A stretch of 64,000 nucleotides of DNA. It comes from Botryllus schlosseri. Its lineage: Eukaryota. The first letter of the stretch is position 1; each line of letters starts with the position of its first letter. The stretch covers positions 11,844,001-11,908,000 of the forward strand of contig CM119371.1 of NCBI GenBank assembly GCA_051294905.1. The letters are read 5' to 3'. The notes beneath the pieces are model-generated. The model was not told where the DNA came from. It searched no databases and worked only from the letters and a program-made list of their open reading frames with translations. The position numbers and the translations under genes were made by a program. This document shows, in pieces, positions 49,134-62,307 of the stretch.

Positions 49134-50820
49134 AACTATTCATAGATATAAACAACAACTGTCGTCTATTATATTTTCGTGGCATATTTAGAGGTTAATC
49201 AGAGCCGCAAGGCTACCCTGGAGACGCATGAGGCTGCGAGAGCAGCAGTTGGGAATCACTGTCATACGTACATATACTGATTCATTATCATTGTCACTGA
49301 CGTTTTTTGTTATGACTACCGCATAGTTGCCGCTACAGCTGATATCCCCTCGCACAGTGGTTCTCAATCGAAGATCCTAGGCACCTAGGCACTCCGAGGG
49401 TTTGTCGAGCCTGTCTCAACGGCTTCGATGGTGATAAAAACACACACTCATATCAAGGCCTACATGTGATTTATGATGACACGCCCATCTTTCACGGCTT
49501 AGATACCAATGACCAAGAAGATGTCAATTAAGCGGATGCTATTGGCGACTCATTTCTGAATGTTTTAGTTTATTTTTCAAAAGGAAGGAAAAACTAAGGC
49601 GAACCAGCAAACACTAAAACGAAAGGTTCGTGACTGGTCATTAGTGTGAAGATCAAAGTGTCGGGAGTATAGAACCCAATAGCACGGTTATATTCCCTTC
49701 TGGGAAAATTACAAGTGAACGGTAGTGCTATGTGTTAATAATATATTCCATACACAGGACACACGTAATAATTACGTAAATAAACACGTCGTAATCAGTA
49801 AACCAAATTGAGAGATGGGGTTGCGACCATAAACAGTTTGGGAACCCCTGGCTTGCAGCATACATTGTCGTAAAACTATTAAAAATAATCTATCAGCAAT
49901 GTCACAGAGTTCAGTTCTCATAAAACCGACCCTATTGTGTGATTTAAATCAAACGAATATCGCTTATATAACTCGTCAATGATTGGAGAAGGCTCATATT
50001 GTATCTTATGGATATATAGCAGACTAGTGTATTGCAACATATCATTATATTATACTTTCTGAGGATTCTTATTCTATTCGCTACTTTGGCTGATGATTAT
50101 GTGTCTATACAGTTATCTACATAGTTTAGCAGTTCAATGTATGCGTTTGCGATACAACGCCTTTTTGCGTGTTTATCAAACTTTATATTCGTTCTTTGGG
50201 TCATACTTAATGGGTATTCAAACTTCATTTGAAACAGCTAACAACATGCAATGATATTTAATCACGGCTCGTACTTCGTAAATTCAACACAGCTTGACTA
50301 GTGACTTGATTCGTGACTTGACGTGACTTGTATCGAGTCATCTCCAGAAATCGAGTGACTTGACTTGACTCGAGTCAAAATGTACAATGACTCGAGATGA
50401 CTCGAACGTAGTGACATGATTCCAATACTGAGTCGAGCATCCTTCAATATTACGCTATGACAGTATAAATCAGGGATTCCTCAAGTATGGGTCGCGATCC
50501 AAACATGGGTCGCAAAGGGTATAATTGTGGGTCGCGACGGCGTCATAACGATCTACGTTATTGTTTGACATTTGTATTACGCAAACTGAATTGAATTCTT
50601 GATAATATTTGCCCGACATTGGTCTCTTTGAAAAACACCGTCGGAGACCGTTGGGATGCTTTAGTGTGGCAGTGTGCAGCGAGTGGGTACGGAAATATGA
50701 TGAAAAAGTGTTTCGAAGCCAACCCCCTTCATGACATTAAAAAGCGTTCGACTGTCTCGATGACGCCGCATTCGTCGCACATCGGAGAGTCCGAGCAGCC
50801 AATTCTGAATAAATGAGACG

Positions 50821-51201
50821 CTACTGCAGCATAGTGTCCTGACCGTAGTCGAAATATAAGGCGTTCGATATGGCGACTGCAGTTTGTATCTGGTGGTGTA
50901 GTAATTGCGCTGTGGAATAGCTTGTAGCGTGATCCCCGTGTATCGGCAAAATACTCGCAGGCAGGATGTCTTGGGTAACCTTCTTCATTGCGACTGTGGC
51001 GTCCGGTACGGTAATGATTGGAGTTTGGCTCGATTGATCTTGCGTCGACGAGCTTGCTCGTGCTAATTCGTCAGCCTTTTCGTTACCTGAAATTCCTGCG
51101 TGTCTTGGAACCCAGGAAAAACCAACAATGATGCCCGCGTGGTGGATCTGTTTAAATATTTCCATTATGAAAACAATGAAGTTGTTTGATGGTCGGCTCA
51201 C
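50821..51201 (-). mobile_element. Non-LTR retrotransposon RNase H fragment (I-group)
   Basis: FSWVPRHAGISGNEKADELAR motif. Confidence 0.8.
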
Positions 51202-51896
51202 ACGCGTAGAACTCTCACAGTGGGTAATAGAGACTATGATTCGCGTTGATGAATTAACTATTACTTAGAAGCTAAGTGTGTATAATTTTGGTACCCGAAA
51301 GAGTCATCTCTCCCTATACTGAACTTGAATGATTACACCATGTAACAAAATTTTGCAAAAGTTTTAGTTGACTGAAATTTTTTGTGTATTGTGTTTTAGT
51401 ATTCCAAACTACTTACCAAAATACCAAAATTTTCCTGTATTGTCCCAAATTTTGAAGAAATGTCAATTTCTCTAATTTTTGATTTTACGTATAATTGCTC
51501 CGTATTAATCACAATAATTCTTTACTGGACGTATGAAAACGCTTGTGAAAAGGATAATATGAACAAATATAGCTTACTCCTGCATCATCAAGTAACAACG
51601 CGAACACTTTAGAAATCGTCAGAAGTGGTTTTGTTTGCGTGACTTGCGTCTGTGAAATGAGAAATCTTCGCTGACTATGGACCAAAAATAACACGTTGTA
51701 AAAAAATTTTGCGAAATTTTAATTGAGTAAAATTTTTTATGTGTTGTGTTTTGCTATTCCAAACCAATCATTAAAAGACAAAAATTTATTCTGAATTGTC
51801 CCTAGTCTATAAGAAATTTTACTTTTTCTGATTTCTCGTTTTACTCAAAATTACCATGCAATAATCCGCATAATTCCTTATTTGACGTACAAACAC

Positions 51897-52755
51897 CAGT
51901 GTGGGGATGACTCGAGTCATGACCTTTTTTGTGTGATTTGACTTGACTCGAGGCACTTTGCTAAAATGACTTGACCTGACTTGACTCGGCGTATCAGAAA
52001 TGTTGATTGACTCGTGGCTCGGAGCAAAATTCACGAGTCAATTTCAAGTCATCAAGTAATCGGCGTCGATAAAAATCCCTGCATCTTGCATATGTTCGGA
52101 TTGTTCGCGAAACGATGGTGTCACCCGTGAGAGCGACCAATCGTGCGTTTTACAGAGCCTCCATTGTTCTCTCACAAATAAATTGATTGCAAAACGAAGT
52201 GATCGAAGCTTACAAGCTTACGTTGTCGCAAACTAGTAAAGTCAAGTAATTTCTGTTCTCTGTTTCACCTTAACCAAACCTCTTGTTTATTGAAATTGAA
52301 TTCGAATATAGTTTGTTTAGTCCTCAACCTTTGGCGCAGGCTCGAATTGTATCATATCGATTTGTAAATTAGTAATGTATTGCATCCTATCAATTCGTAT
52401 CTATTCTCTATTTTGGCCGGTAATTAAACTCAGGTTTAGCAGTTCTACGTATAGGTGAGCGATACAGCGGTTCAAAATCAATGACCAATCAATCTGTATC
52501 TCAGACAGCTAGCAAAATGCAATGATGCTATCATGCCTCATACTTCGAAAAGGCAACTTGACTTGAATTATGACTTGACTCGTGACTTGACTTGACTTGA
52601 CTCGACTTGACTCGAGTCACCTCTAAAAATCGAGTGACTTGACTTGACTCGAGTCACCTTTGAATATCGATTGACTTGACTTGACTCTAGTCAAAATGTT
52701 CAATGACTCGAAATGACTCGTGACTCGAAGGTATAGTGACTTGATCCCAACACTG
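51897..52755 (-). mobile_element. hAT MITE of the same family as 3290-3758
   Basis: CAGTGTGGGGAT / ATCCCAACACTG TIRs, perfect TSD acaaacac; TGACT repeats. Confidence 0.9.
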
Positions 52756-52799
52756 ACAAACACACTAACAAAAAGAAGGAATGTGCACAAATGTTGGCT

Positions 52800-53350
52800 A
52801 CCATAGATTATAAAAAGATGGAAACAATTCCAAAAATTTCTGCTGGTATTATGAACCGCAAATAACCGCCCATAATGCTACTTCAGCACCCTTAGTATCT
52901 TCTTTCCAAATCATACATATCCTGCTGAAGCACGTCACTATATGTTCCTCGCTTACATCATCCATACTTGACCTAACAAAATCAAGTTGACAGTTCAGAT
53001 AATGCCCCGTCCACTTTATTTTTTCGTATGTCTCGATCATATTGTTCCAAGAAAATTTTCAACTACATCTAGAAATGCCTTGAATGCTTTTGCTTCTCTC
53101 CCAGTCATTTTATTGTCAAGTGCTTTAAAAAAGATTGCCAACATTCCCGCATAAGCAAGGAGAACCTGCCACAGTTATTCTGAACCTTGGAATGTCATCC
53201 ATACAGATATAAAAGTCATCTATAGAGTTTCGAGTAGCAAATTACATTGAATGCCGATCTCCCCTTAGCCATCCATCCATATTTCATCGGCATGTTTCGA
53301 AGATTACATGAAATGCCCAGTTTTTATCTTTATCTCCAATTTTCATGCCA
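52800..53350 (-). mobile_element. Old Chapaev-type transposase remnant
   Basis: Degenerate KAFKAFLDVVENFLG and QQDMYDLERRY*GC*SSIMGGY, same motif family as 3170-4550; boundaries approximate. Confidence 0.55.
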
Positions 53351-54123
53351 AAGTAAAGTTAATAAGTATGAAAAACCTTACTTCTAGATATATTTGTACT
53401 TTAACTTGATTCAACCTGATATGGAGATCACAGATATATAGCACAAACAGCTAGCAGGCAGATAACATTTGTGATGTTGATATTAATGATGAGATTATAT
53501 TCACTAGATCCACAATCAGTGCATTAACAGAACAAAACGAAAATGAAAATGAATATGAGATTGCTTGCTGTAGCCAATACTGACTAACCGAGACTGAGAA
53601 GATGATTGCTACTAACAACCAAATATTATGAGTTGAATGATGGAACAATTTGACGTCACACTTAATAGAAAATTCAATAAAGGAGCTTGAAAATCATGGT
53701 ACGGGAAGTTTAAGAAGCGTAAAATGACAATTTTAAAGGACACTAATGGAAAAAATGCCGGAAGTAAGTTTTATCAATGGATATTATGTAAGAAATATCC
53801 AAAAATCAGCTCAATAAATTTTTGTTACATGGTGTTATATGGGATTCAGATTCAAGAATTCCACTCATCGTGCCCATCCCTATTGAGCTGATATCAAATG
53901 ATGTCACGAAATTATCGGGAAATTGAAATAATCGTAATTATCGTCAGATTATGCATTTTTATCCGATCAAGACACAGACGGTGTACAATGCGATACATAT
54001 GACGATGATGCGATGTGATGAGCAGATATTTGAATGACGAAATGGCCAGCAATGGTCTCTTAATATGGCATCCACCGCGGTGTACGACCAGATGTAAATT
54101 GTTTGATGTTATTCTCTAGCCAG

Positions 54124-57100
54124 AAATTTGATGCGAAGGAGATGGAAGTATTGGAAAGTAAGAAAGAACTCACGGACCAGGAATACTCTCGCCGCGAGAG
54201 AGTACAAGCTAGGTTGGAAAAATCGAAGAAGTTATTCACACCTATTTCTTGGGAACAATATTTCATGGGCATGGCGATTGTTTCTGGACACCTGATGGCT
54301 GACAATCCCCCATCGACCGTGAAGGTTAATATTTTAGGCGAGAGTATCAAATAATCTGGTTCATCGCTGTTTCTGTTTCAGGAGGGGGCTTGCATTGCTA
54401 ACGAAGACAACAGAATTGTGGGATTAGGATATTTCCGTTTCGAGCAAGTCGAACGCGGAAATAAAAAAACTCGGATAGGTATCCAGCTGTAGCAATTGGC
54501 AATTATAAGCTGAAATAAACCCGGAAAACGGGAGTCCGAACCCGACGATAAGTCTGGAACTCGATTTGAGACCGATTCGCACCAGAAATTAGTATTAAAT
54601 ACCAGACATAACGAAATTTGAAAAACCTGTTCAATGTATTACCAGAAACTTTTCGAGCTAGCACTCGTCGGGCGTTACCGTCTGCTCTAATTGGGGCTGG
54701 GCATATATTGATTCGAGTACTCGAATCTGAATCGAGTAATGATTTTAATGACTCGAGTCGAGTAGTACAAGACGATTTTTTCGAGTACTGAAATTATACG
54801 CTCCTCGCCACTGAAAGTTATTTACCGATGAGAATTATAGTTTCTGTGCCAGTTTCCACTGTGCAAGCCTTGAAACCTTAATGGCCAGAGCGCAGCATAC
54901 GAAACATATAGCACAAAGCTACGAATTTAACTGGAAATAACACATTTCCGAAGTCCTGTACATCCCACAACATTTTCATAAAGTGTAATGAAATCGACAT
55001 GGTCGAAAAAATACCAAAGTATCTTTAATGTGACGGATAACAGGCATTGTATTCTTTCGGGTGGCAAGAAAGGTACGTAATAGAACTTTGACATCTTCCA
55101 TTCTGTTTTGACGTCATAACGAGTGATACTCGAATACAGGACTCGACCCGAAGCATAACACATGATTCAGAATCGAATCACTCGGTTTTGCCCAGCCCGA
55201 GTTCTATTGCGACCATTCAAAACTTTGCTTACAGGGGCACTGCACTATAAAAATGATGTGGTCCCAAATTGAAGGGCAAAACGAAATAAAAATTTTGGCC
55301 ACAGCCGTTTCTTCAGAACGCCGCCGTAACATAATGGAGCTGCAATGGATTGAAATTTCCACATTAGCTTCACGCTCCAGCAGTCACGCAGAGGTCAAAC
55401 TTTATATAGTTGTCAGCAGAGATGGCCACAGTCCGGTTCAGGAGCCGGAGCCGGAGCAGGATTTTGATGAATTTTACTGTGGCCGGATCGGAGCCGGATT
55501 CTGAAACTGTCATATGAGCCGGATTTAAACAGGATTTGATATTCATAACAAATATTGGGTGATAAAGGTTCAAGATATCTTATATTCAGTGAAAAACGCT
55601 GCTTCGATATTATTTCCGTAGTTAAATGCATTCATTGCTATGGATCAAGCCCAGGCTGGTTCCGACAATAAATGACAACGTTGAGACCGCTGATACCGGT
55701 CACGTCGTTGAAATGCGTAAGCAACATAAGTAAAGTTTCTGCAATGATGAGATGACTGCTGGTTGAGCTTGAGATGAGGACGAAGGCAGGCTCCAGCAAG
55801 CGAGCTGCAGAACAGTTTGTTCCTCAGATATTGATTCTTATACTTCCTGTTCATCAGCCATTAGGGTACTTGATATCAGTTGTCAGGATGACAGAGAAGC
55901 GAGGTATCGGTATTGTTGCAGAATGCAGAGGTAACTGGTGGTTCTGATTTCTGATGTCATTTGGAATGATTGTGTGATGGTATGGTAATGTATGAATATA
56001 TGCTGGCATGGTCAATTGGTCATGTTTATGATTTTAGGAACACACTAGAACTGAAGTACCACCGGTATACTCTATGATTGATGGTGCACATCATCATTCA
56101 TCATGCTGATTATATAATATTATATATATTTCCTATTCATTGCTGCTCTATAAAGTGATCATTTTGATTGATTCATCCATTTTGTTTGATACATGTCTGT
56201 TCTGTGAAAATATAGTTCCAATCTTCAGTAGTACTATAGGCCTAGTTGTCTTGGCCAAGTCACAATGCACAATATCTGATTTTGTTGCTGGCATCATGGC
56301 ATGCCTGAGTTACTATGTTTACCCTCTCCGTAAAGCAACTAATATTGCTTTCTCTGTTCTCACAGTCTTTTAAGCTCATTTCCCCTGCCTAGTTCCTACT
56401 ACTCGCATTTATATTAAAGATACATACCAAACCTAACATTATTGATTCGAAATGTGATATAAATAAACCCTTGTAACGCATTACTTGATACTAATTTGTT
56501 GATTATAATGTTCATATCTGTTTTGCAGGCTATATTTAATGTGAAATAGCACTAAAGCAATAGCAGGATTTTTTCGGATCCTAATTTTGATGCTCAACTG
56601 TCGGACTCCGAAATCCTATTTGACTGTCGGATCAGGACGGATACGGATTCCCAAAATCTGGAATCCGCCCATCTCTGGTTGTCAGCCGATGTTATGAAGG
56701 AAATATCTCGTACACGCCAATGTGCTTTAGATACCGCGTTCAACGTAAGATGTCCACTCAGGAGATTTATGTCAAAATCAGGCCCAGTGTATTCTATTTC
56801 CTTCATAACATCGGCTGACAACTACATAAAGTTAGATCTCTGCGTGACTGCTGGAGCGTGAAGCCGCTGTGGAAATTTCAATACATTGCAGCTCCTTACG
56901 GTGGCGTTCTGAAGAAACGGCTGCGGCCATCATTTTTTATTTCGTTTTGCCCTTCAATTTGAGACCACATCATTTTTAGAGTGCATTGCCCCTTTAACAA
57001 CAATCTGAATAGTTTAATACGGCGGCACACAGAGCAAATTGCAGAATTCAAAATACGAGAGTGACATGGTGCAGGCACGAACAGAAAAAAGGTAATGTGC

Positions 57101-58836
57101 GATTCTCAAATGATACACAATTTCTTTCTGTTAGTATAGAAGGAAATGTCATGAATCCGTACCTATCGATAGAACCGCCACATAACTGAAAACCCGATGT
57201 TTCAGCGGTGATGTGCGATTTCGTCATTGTTTCTAACATTAAAGAAATAGACAAGGTCCACACCTGAAGATTGTGCAGTTTGTATAGAAATATTAAATTA
57301 GTTCAATAGCCTAGTCGGTTACCCGAAACGCGGTTTATTAGTCTTTGCAGAATCTTAATGCGCAATCATTTTCGCAAAATGCTACTTGCGCCACCTATGT
57401 ATGCACACTGAAGTAAAATCCTAGTATAGGCTACTATATTGACTGATAGCCCGTGGATATCGATCAGGCCACTAAATTGTAATTGCCAAGACCATTGCCC
57501 ACGACATAAAAAGCGATTGTAACGTGTGCAGGTGTATTATAACTGTCACAAATTATAAGTCAAATAATCAACAGAGATAACATAATGGTCGGTGGCGTGC
57601 GATTAATCTTCGTTTCGATTTCCACTCTCGAGCAAGAACACGTTCTGAAACTGAAAATACCGGCTCGAACATGTTGGGATCGTTATATGGGATATTTCCT
57701 AAATTTGTCAAGTATCGTGAATGTTTCTAACATCCAGACAAACAATGCACTATCAACCCATGATATATGATATATATATTTCCAGATCAGCATGCACCAG
57801 TCGCCGCAATTGTAAACACGAATCCCGTTTCTGTACGGGATTGCACTCTGTACGTCAGTTGTTTCCCATGCAATGAATGCGCCAAAGTTATTGTGCAGTC
57901 AGGTGAGATCGATGGTACTGAATCACAGATATCGAAAGGTGTCAGAGCTTCTTATAATAAATTCGTTCGAGGAAACCATGCTTAACTAATTTGCTCACTT
58001 CATTCGGAACAGCTGTTCTCCTGGGAAATGCGAATGACGTGGTAAGGTAGGCACAGGTGATGGATTACATTTCAATTGAATCGCTACCTTTGTATTGGTT
58101 CATCAACCTGAGAAATTGAAGAAAAGCGGAGGGAAATATAGAGTGAAAATATATCAATTTGTAGTTAAAATCGCAAATTTCGATAATGCTATGGTTGCGA
58201 TTCGACCATCGGCGACAAAATTGCATCCTAGCAGGATTGTCGTCCTTGTGGTCATGGGAAAAGTATAGATTTATTCAAAATCAAAACCAAGACCCTTTGA
58301 ATTCACTGCACACACATTTTGGGTTCGATTTAACCTACCTTGGGAACCACTAGTGCGTCTTAACAGAAACCGTTCATTTAGCTGTCAATCAATCGCTCAA
58401 ATTAAATTTTCAAGTGCATGTAATAAATTTCCGATACATGATATGGTGTCCTACAAACTAGTTTGCATCGGTAAATGGATAAAATATTTTCATCAATATA
58501 TAAATATTCATTCTCTTCCGTGTATTGTCCTGTTTACTATTTTCTCCAGGAATAAAGGCTGTTGTGTACATGGAAAAACAAGATCAGGCACATGCGAATC
58601 AAAAAGGATGCAGCAGGCACCAGGATGAAGTCAATGTTCAGAGACAAGAGCAAGCAAGTCAAAACGGATGCGCCAGGCAACATGATGATGTGAATCGTCG
58701 TTATTTTGATCGGGGCATTAGTAGGCCAGATCCTACCAAAAAAATGTTCAATTTGGCGAAAGTGAGAGTCGTGTCGTACAGAGACTGCTATGAAACCAGT
58801 CCAGTATTTCTGGATTTCTCGGAGTCTCCTCTGTGA
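54124..58836 (+). CDS. dCMP deaminase-like unit 2 (pseudo-catalytic, HAP instead of HAE)
   Basis: Exons 54120/54124-54324 (ISWEQYFMGMAIV...TVK), 54382-54478 (EGACIANEDNRIVGLGY), 57786-57902 (QHAPVAA...FPCNECAKVIVQS), 58550-58836 (GIKAVVYM...VFLDFSESPL*). GT-AG introns in phases 0,1,1, with no stops or frameshifts. The 5' end is uncertain. Confidence 0.85.
54692..55200. mobile_element. hAT-like MITE in an intron of deaminase unit 2
   Basis: GGGCTGGGCA / TGCCCAGCCC termini; degenerate TSD gctctaat/gttctatt. Confidence 0.7.
55233..56993. mobile_element. Foldback MITE (Kolobok-like, TTAA-flanked) interrupted by an hAT MITE at 55417-56677
   Basis: AGGGGCA...TGCCCCT|TTAA ends with ~200-bp inverted arms. 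The inner element CAGAGATGG / CCATCTCTG has perfect TSD gttgtcag. A partial copy of the arm lies at about 2580-2708. Confidence 0.8.
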
Positions 58837-61800
58837 GATAGCAATAATGTCGTGTTATTGCTGTTGAGTGTCAACTATCTGAACGCATATGCATTTGTGA
58901 TAATTAGCTAGAAAGACATTATTGTAATCGAACACTCTCATATCTGTACTTGAAATTTATTATACATTTTAGAATACGGTATTATATGCAAAGCCCCTAA
59001 TAATTGATTATATCAATATAGCATTCATATATACATATACATAACATATATACATGTACAGTATACACATATAGGCCTAGATAAATTGCAAATGTCTAAC
59101 TAGCGATTTTTCACTTATTAACAAGGATAACTATTGACCAATGGTGTAGAGATTAGCGTTGGTTCGTCGTAAGTTGATTAATTGATTTATCTATACATCG
59201 ATTGCCTTCATCAAACTGGAGAATCGCTTAAACGCAAATATATATCTTCTCAACAAACGAGCTACGTGTATATACCTGATATATCTTTTACAAACACGTT
59301 CTTTCGTCACACGTATGTAATCGATGTAGGGTAAATTGCTACTCAAAGGTACAAACCATGCAACTTGACATCACTGCATTTTGAATTCACATTCAAAATT
59401 GTGATTTTGGTATTTTCAAATTACTTTGGTGACATTAATTTATTGAGACTCAAGCACTCATGTTACAATGTCTAGTAAATAGAAGTAGCACATGGGTTTT
59501 GACGTAAATTTGTATTAGACAGCTTTTGGAGCAACTGTGCGACAAAATATATTACCTCTCGATAGCATTCTATGCAGGTAGGTTGACTTTTGGCGTTTTT
59601 CAAATTTTATTTTTAGAAACTTTGGCATCGTCATTATTTCAAAATTGCAAAGTCAAGTTGATTATTTAAAACAGCGAGAATAAGAACCTACAACGATGTG
59701 ACAGAGCGAATTTACACGACTGCTTCAGCAATATCTAGTTCCAATAGTCATTCGCTATGCGTGCAAAATTACCAGCAGTAACACAGAACACAATATACCA
59801 CTTAACATGACAATTCCAAAGGATTGCTGACACGTTTGGATCGCAGCGTTCACCACCTTATCAATGTTTAGAAATTGTGAGCCGATTCAAATTTTCAATA
59901 AAATATGAAGAAATATCCACCCGGAAAAATAATTATCTGGGAAAGGACTGACTATACGTACGTGTCTGCGTGTCTGTATGGTACGTATAGAGGGTATCTT
60001 CTTGGAGACTAACGCCTTGAAAACGATATGTGTTCACGTTTACTGATGAAACTATGTTCCTATATTGGAGTAAATGATACAGTCTATCAGAGATTGAACC
60101 ATGAACACATTTTTCGATAGCAAGTTAACAGTGAATGGAATTCAGTGAATATATTTCGCATGTCGCTAAATGCAACCTGGGCGGCGCGTAGCGACTATGA
60201 TAACCGGTGTGCCAATTGAACTGCTCAGGGGTGCCGCGAGGGAATGTGAAAAAAAAGTCGACGTGTAGCAAGAAATATGGAATCCAAATTTTGAGTATGG
60301 CATATATAGCCTATATTCGGCTGTTCTATTATTTTTATCAGCTCATGGCACACAATGTACAATGATATGTAATGAACAGATAGGAGAATATCGAAACGAC
60401 AAAGTACGGTCTCTCCATCTAGCATCCTTCACCCATCTCAGCCTGTTGTGATCGATATGACGGTATTCGATATTGATCTTTCTTGTTTAAGGCTTACCCG
60501 TTCTTTTCATTCTATTTCTTGAATTCACGGAGGAACTGAGATAAACCTTGATAAACTGGAACACACGGGTTCTGGAGTCGACATCAGTTGGCCTCGTACT
60601 CGCTTGTGTTGCAGCGGAGCAACGTACCACTACGCTCTCTCGCCAGTCAGGGTACTAGGAGTGATAGGATGACTCGAATTATCTTCCCTGTCATAGGATT
60701 CCGTGACGTCAAAAAGGCTGGCCTAGTCATTGCGCCCAATCAAAATGTTTGAGCTCTCATTCACCGAGGATCTCGACGGGTTCCTGAAGCCTAATTTTAG
60801 ATTTCTGGTTCAAAAACTTCTTTTGTCAGTTCATACGGACTGCTTTCAAATATTTTAGGCATTGTAATTGCAAGATTTCGTAAAAATCTATATGTACAAA
60901 AAGCCTTATTTTAACATATTCAATTTTTTTTAAATCAAATCTGGCATGTGGTTCCCGAAATGCCAACGATAGACATGCCTGATTGTATGGGAATGGTAAA
61001 TTCAGCGTGATTGCGGATATCTATTTTGCATGTATTACCTAGATACATTGTCAAGAACGAATTGGCTAGCCTATGAATGAGGTGATAAGGGTTGGTAGGA
61101 TAGCAGCTGTGCAGCACCCACCGAAATAGCGCACAGGCTACAGACGTGGTCCTATTCTCATCCCCCTCTATTTTTCTGATTTGATCATGATGAAGTACCG
61201 TAAATTGAAAGTGTCCTCGGAGCACGCCTAAATTTCGTATGTTTTAGGAATCTGTCCTCTTTGTCTCCGACAACGCAGCGAACGTCAGAGTTCCGTAAGA
61301 AACGGATAAATCGGGCGTGGTGCAAAAGTGATGACCTTTTTTTAGTCGACACAGTACTATATTCATCGAAAAATTTCCAGTTTTGCTGTCCGGTGCTGGA
61401 GCTTTAAAAATTTACGAAAAGTGTCCTCTTTTTAGGATATCAAAATATGACAATCCTACGTAAACTCATTAAGCCTACTTCACAATGTTATATTAACGTC
61501 ACGTTCGTGATAAGGAAATCCTGCCCCACAAATATTATATACTGCCACTTCCAAATTTTCATCCTGGCTATTGGTATATGCAACGACCATTCATATATCA
61601 TTTAGTTAGAATGGTTAAAACAGTGATTCTTAACTGGTTTTCCACGGAACACCAGAGCTTCCGTGAGCCAGTCTCAGAGGTTCCACAGAAGGTCAATACA
61701 CAACGAAGACATATATATGATTGGTGATGACACGCCGTTAATGGTTGCAGGCAATTTGGCGCAACCAGTGGGCAAATTGTGGATGCCATGGTTTCAGAAC

Positions 61801-61927
61801 GTGTGCAGAGCCGTACGCATGAGGGTTCTGGTTTAACATCGAAACTTCGTCATTTTGAAATGTCGATTCTATCTCTAATATTTATAGTAGTGGTTCTATC
61901 CATGGACCACTAGGGGTTACTCGCAGT

Positions 61928-62307
61928 TAGAGATGAGCGGATTAGGAATTTCTATGTCCTGATCCAATCTAAATCCGAAGCTTCAAATCCTAATCCTGGT
62001 CTTATTCCAAAAATTTTGTATATTCCAATCTTAATCCTAATCCTAATCCAATATCAAGTTAGAATTCCTCTTGGAAAGCTTACATCTGATGCCTATAATT
62101 CTTTTAAAAGAAATAAAACGCATAATTAGTGCCAAAGAACTTGATGTAACTTTGCCACATCACATTACTCTCCCCGAAAATCGGTAAATCCGATCCTAAT
62201 CCGATTCCATTAAATAGATATTCTGAAATCCTAATCAAATCCTAATTCGACAAAGTCTCACAAATCCGGTTTTTCTAAATCCTAATCCTAATCCATGCTC
62301 ATCTCTG
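61928..62307. mobile_element. hAT-like MITE with AATCCT repeats
   Basis: TAGAGATGAGC / GCTCATCTCTG termini; TSD degenerate. Confidence 0.7.

Noticed and set aside
36487..58836. Calling the deaminase pair CDADC1
   Set aside because: The active/inactive order is reversed relative to CDADC1, and both units look DCTD-like in motifs and intron positions. Orthology needs a phylogeny.
60405..60700. Possible minus-strand exons around a 55-nt GTAAG...CAG intron (60497-60443)
   Set aside because: No open frame or recognisable protein could be assembled.
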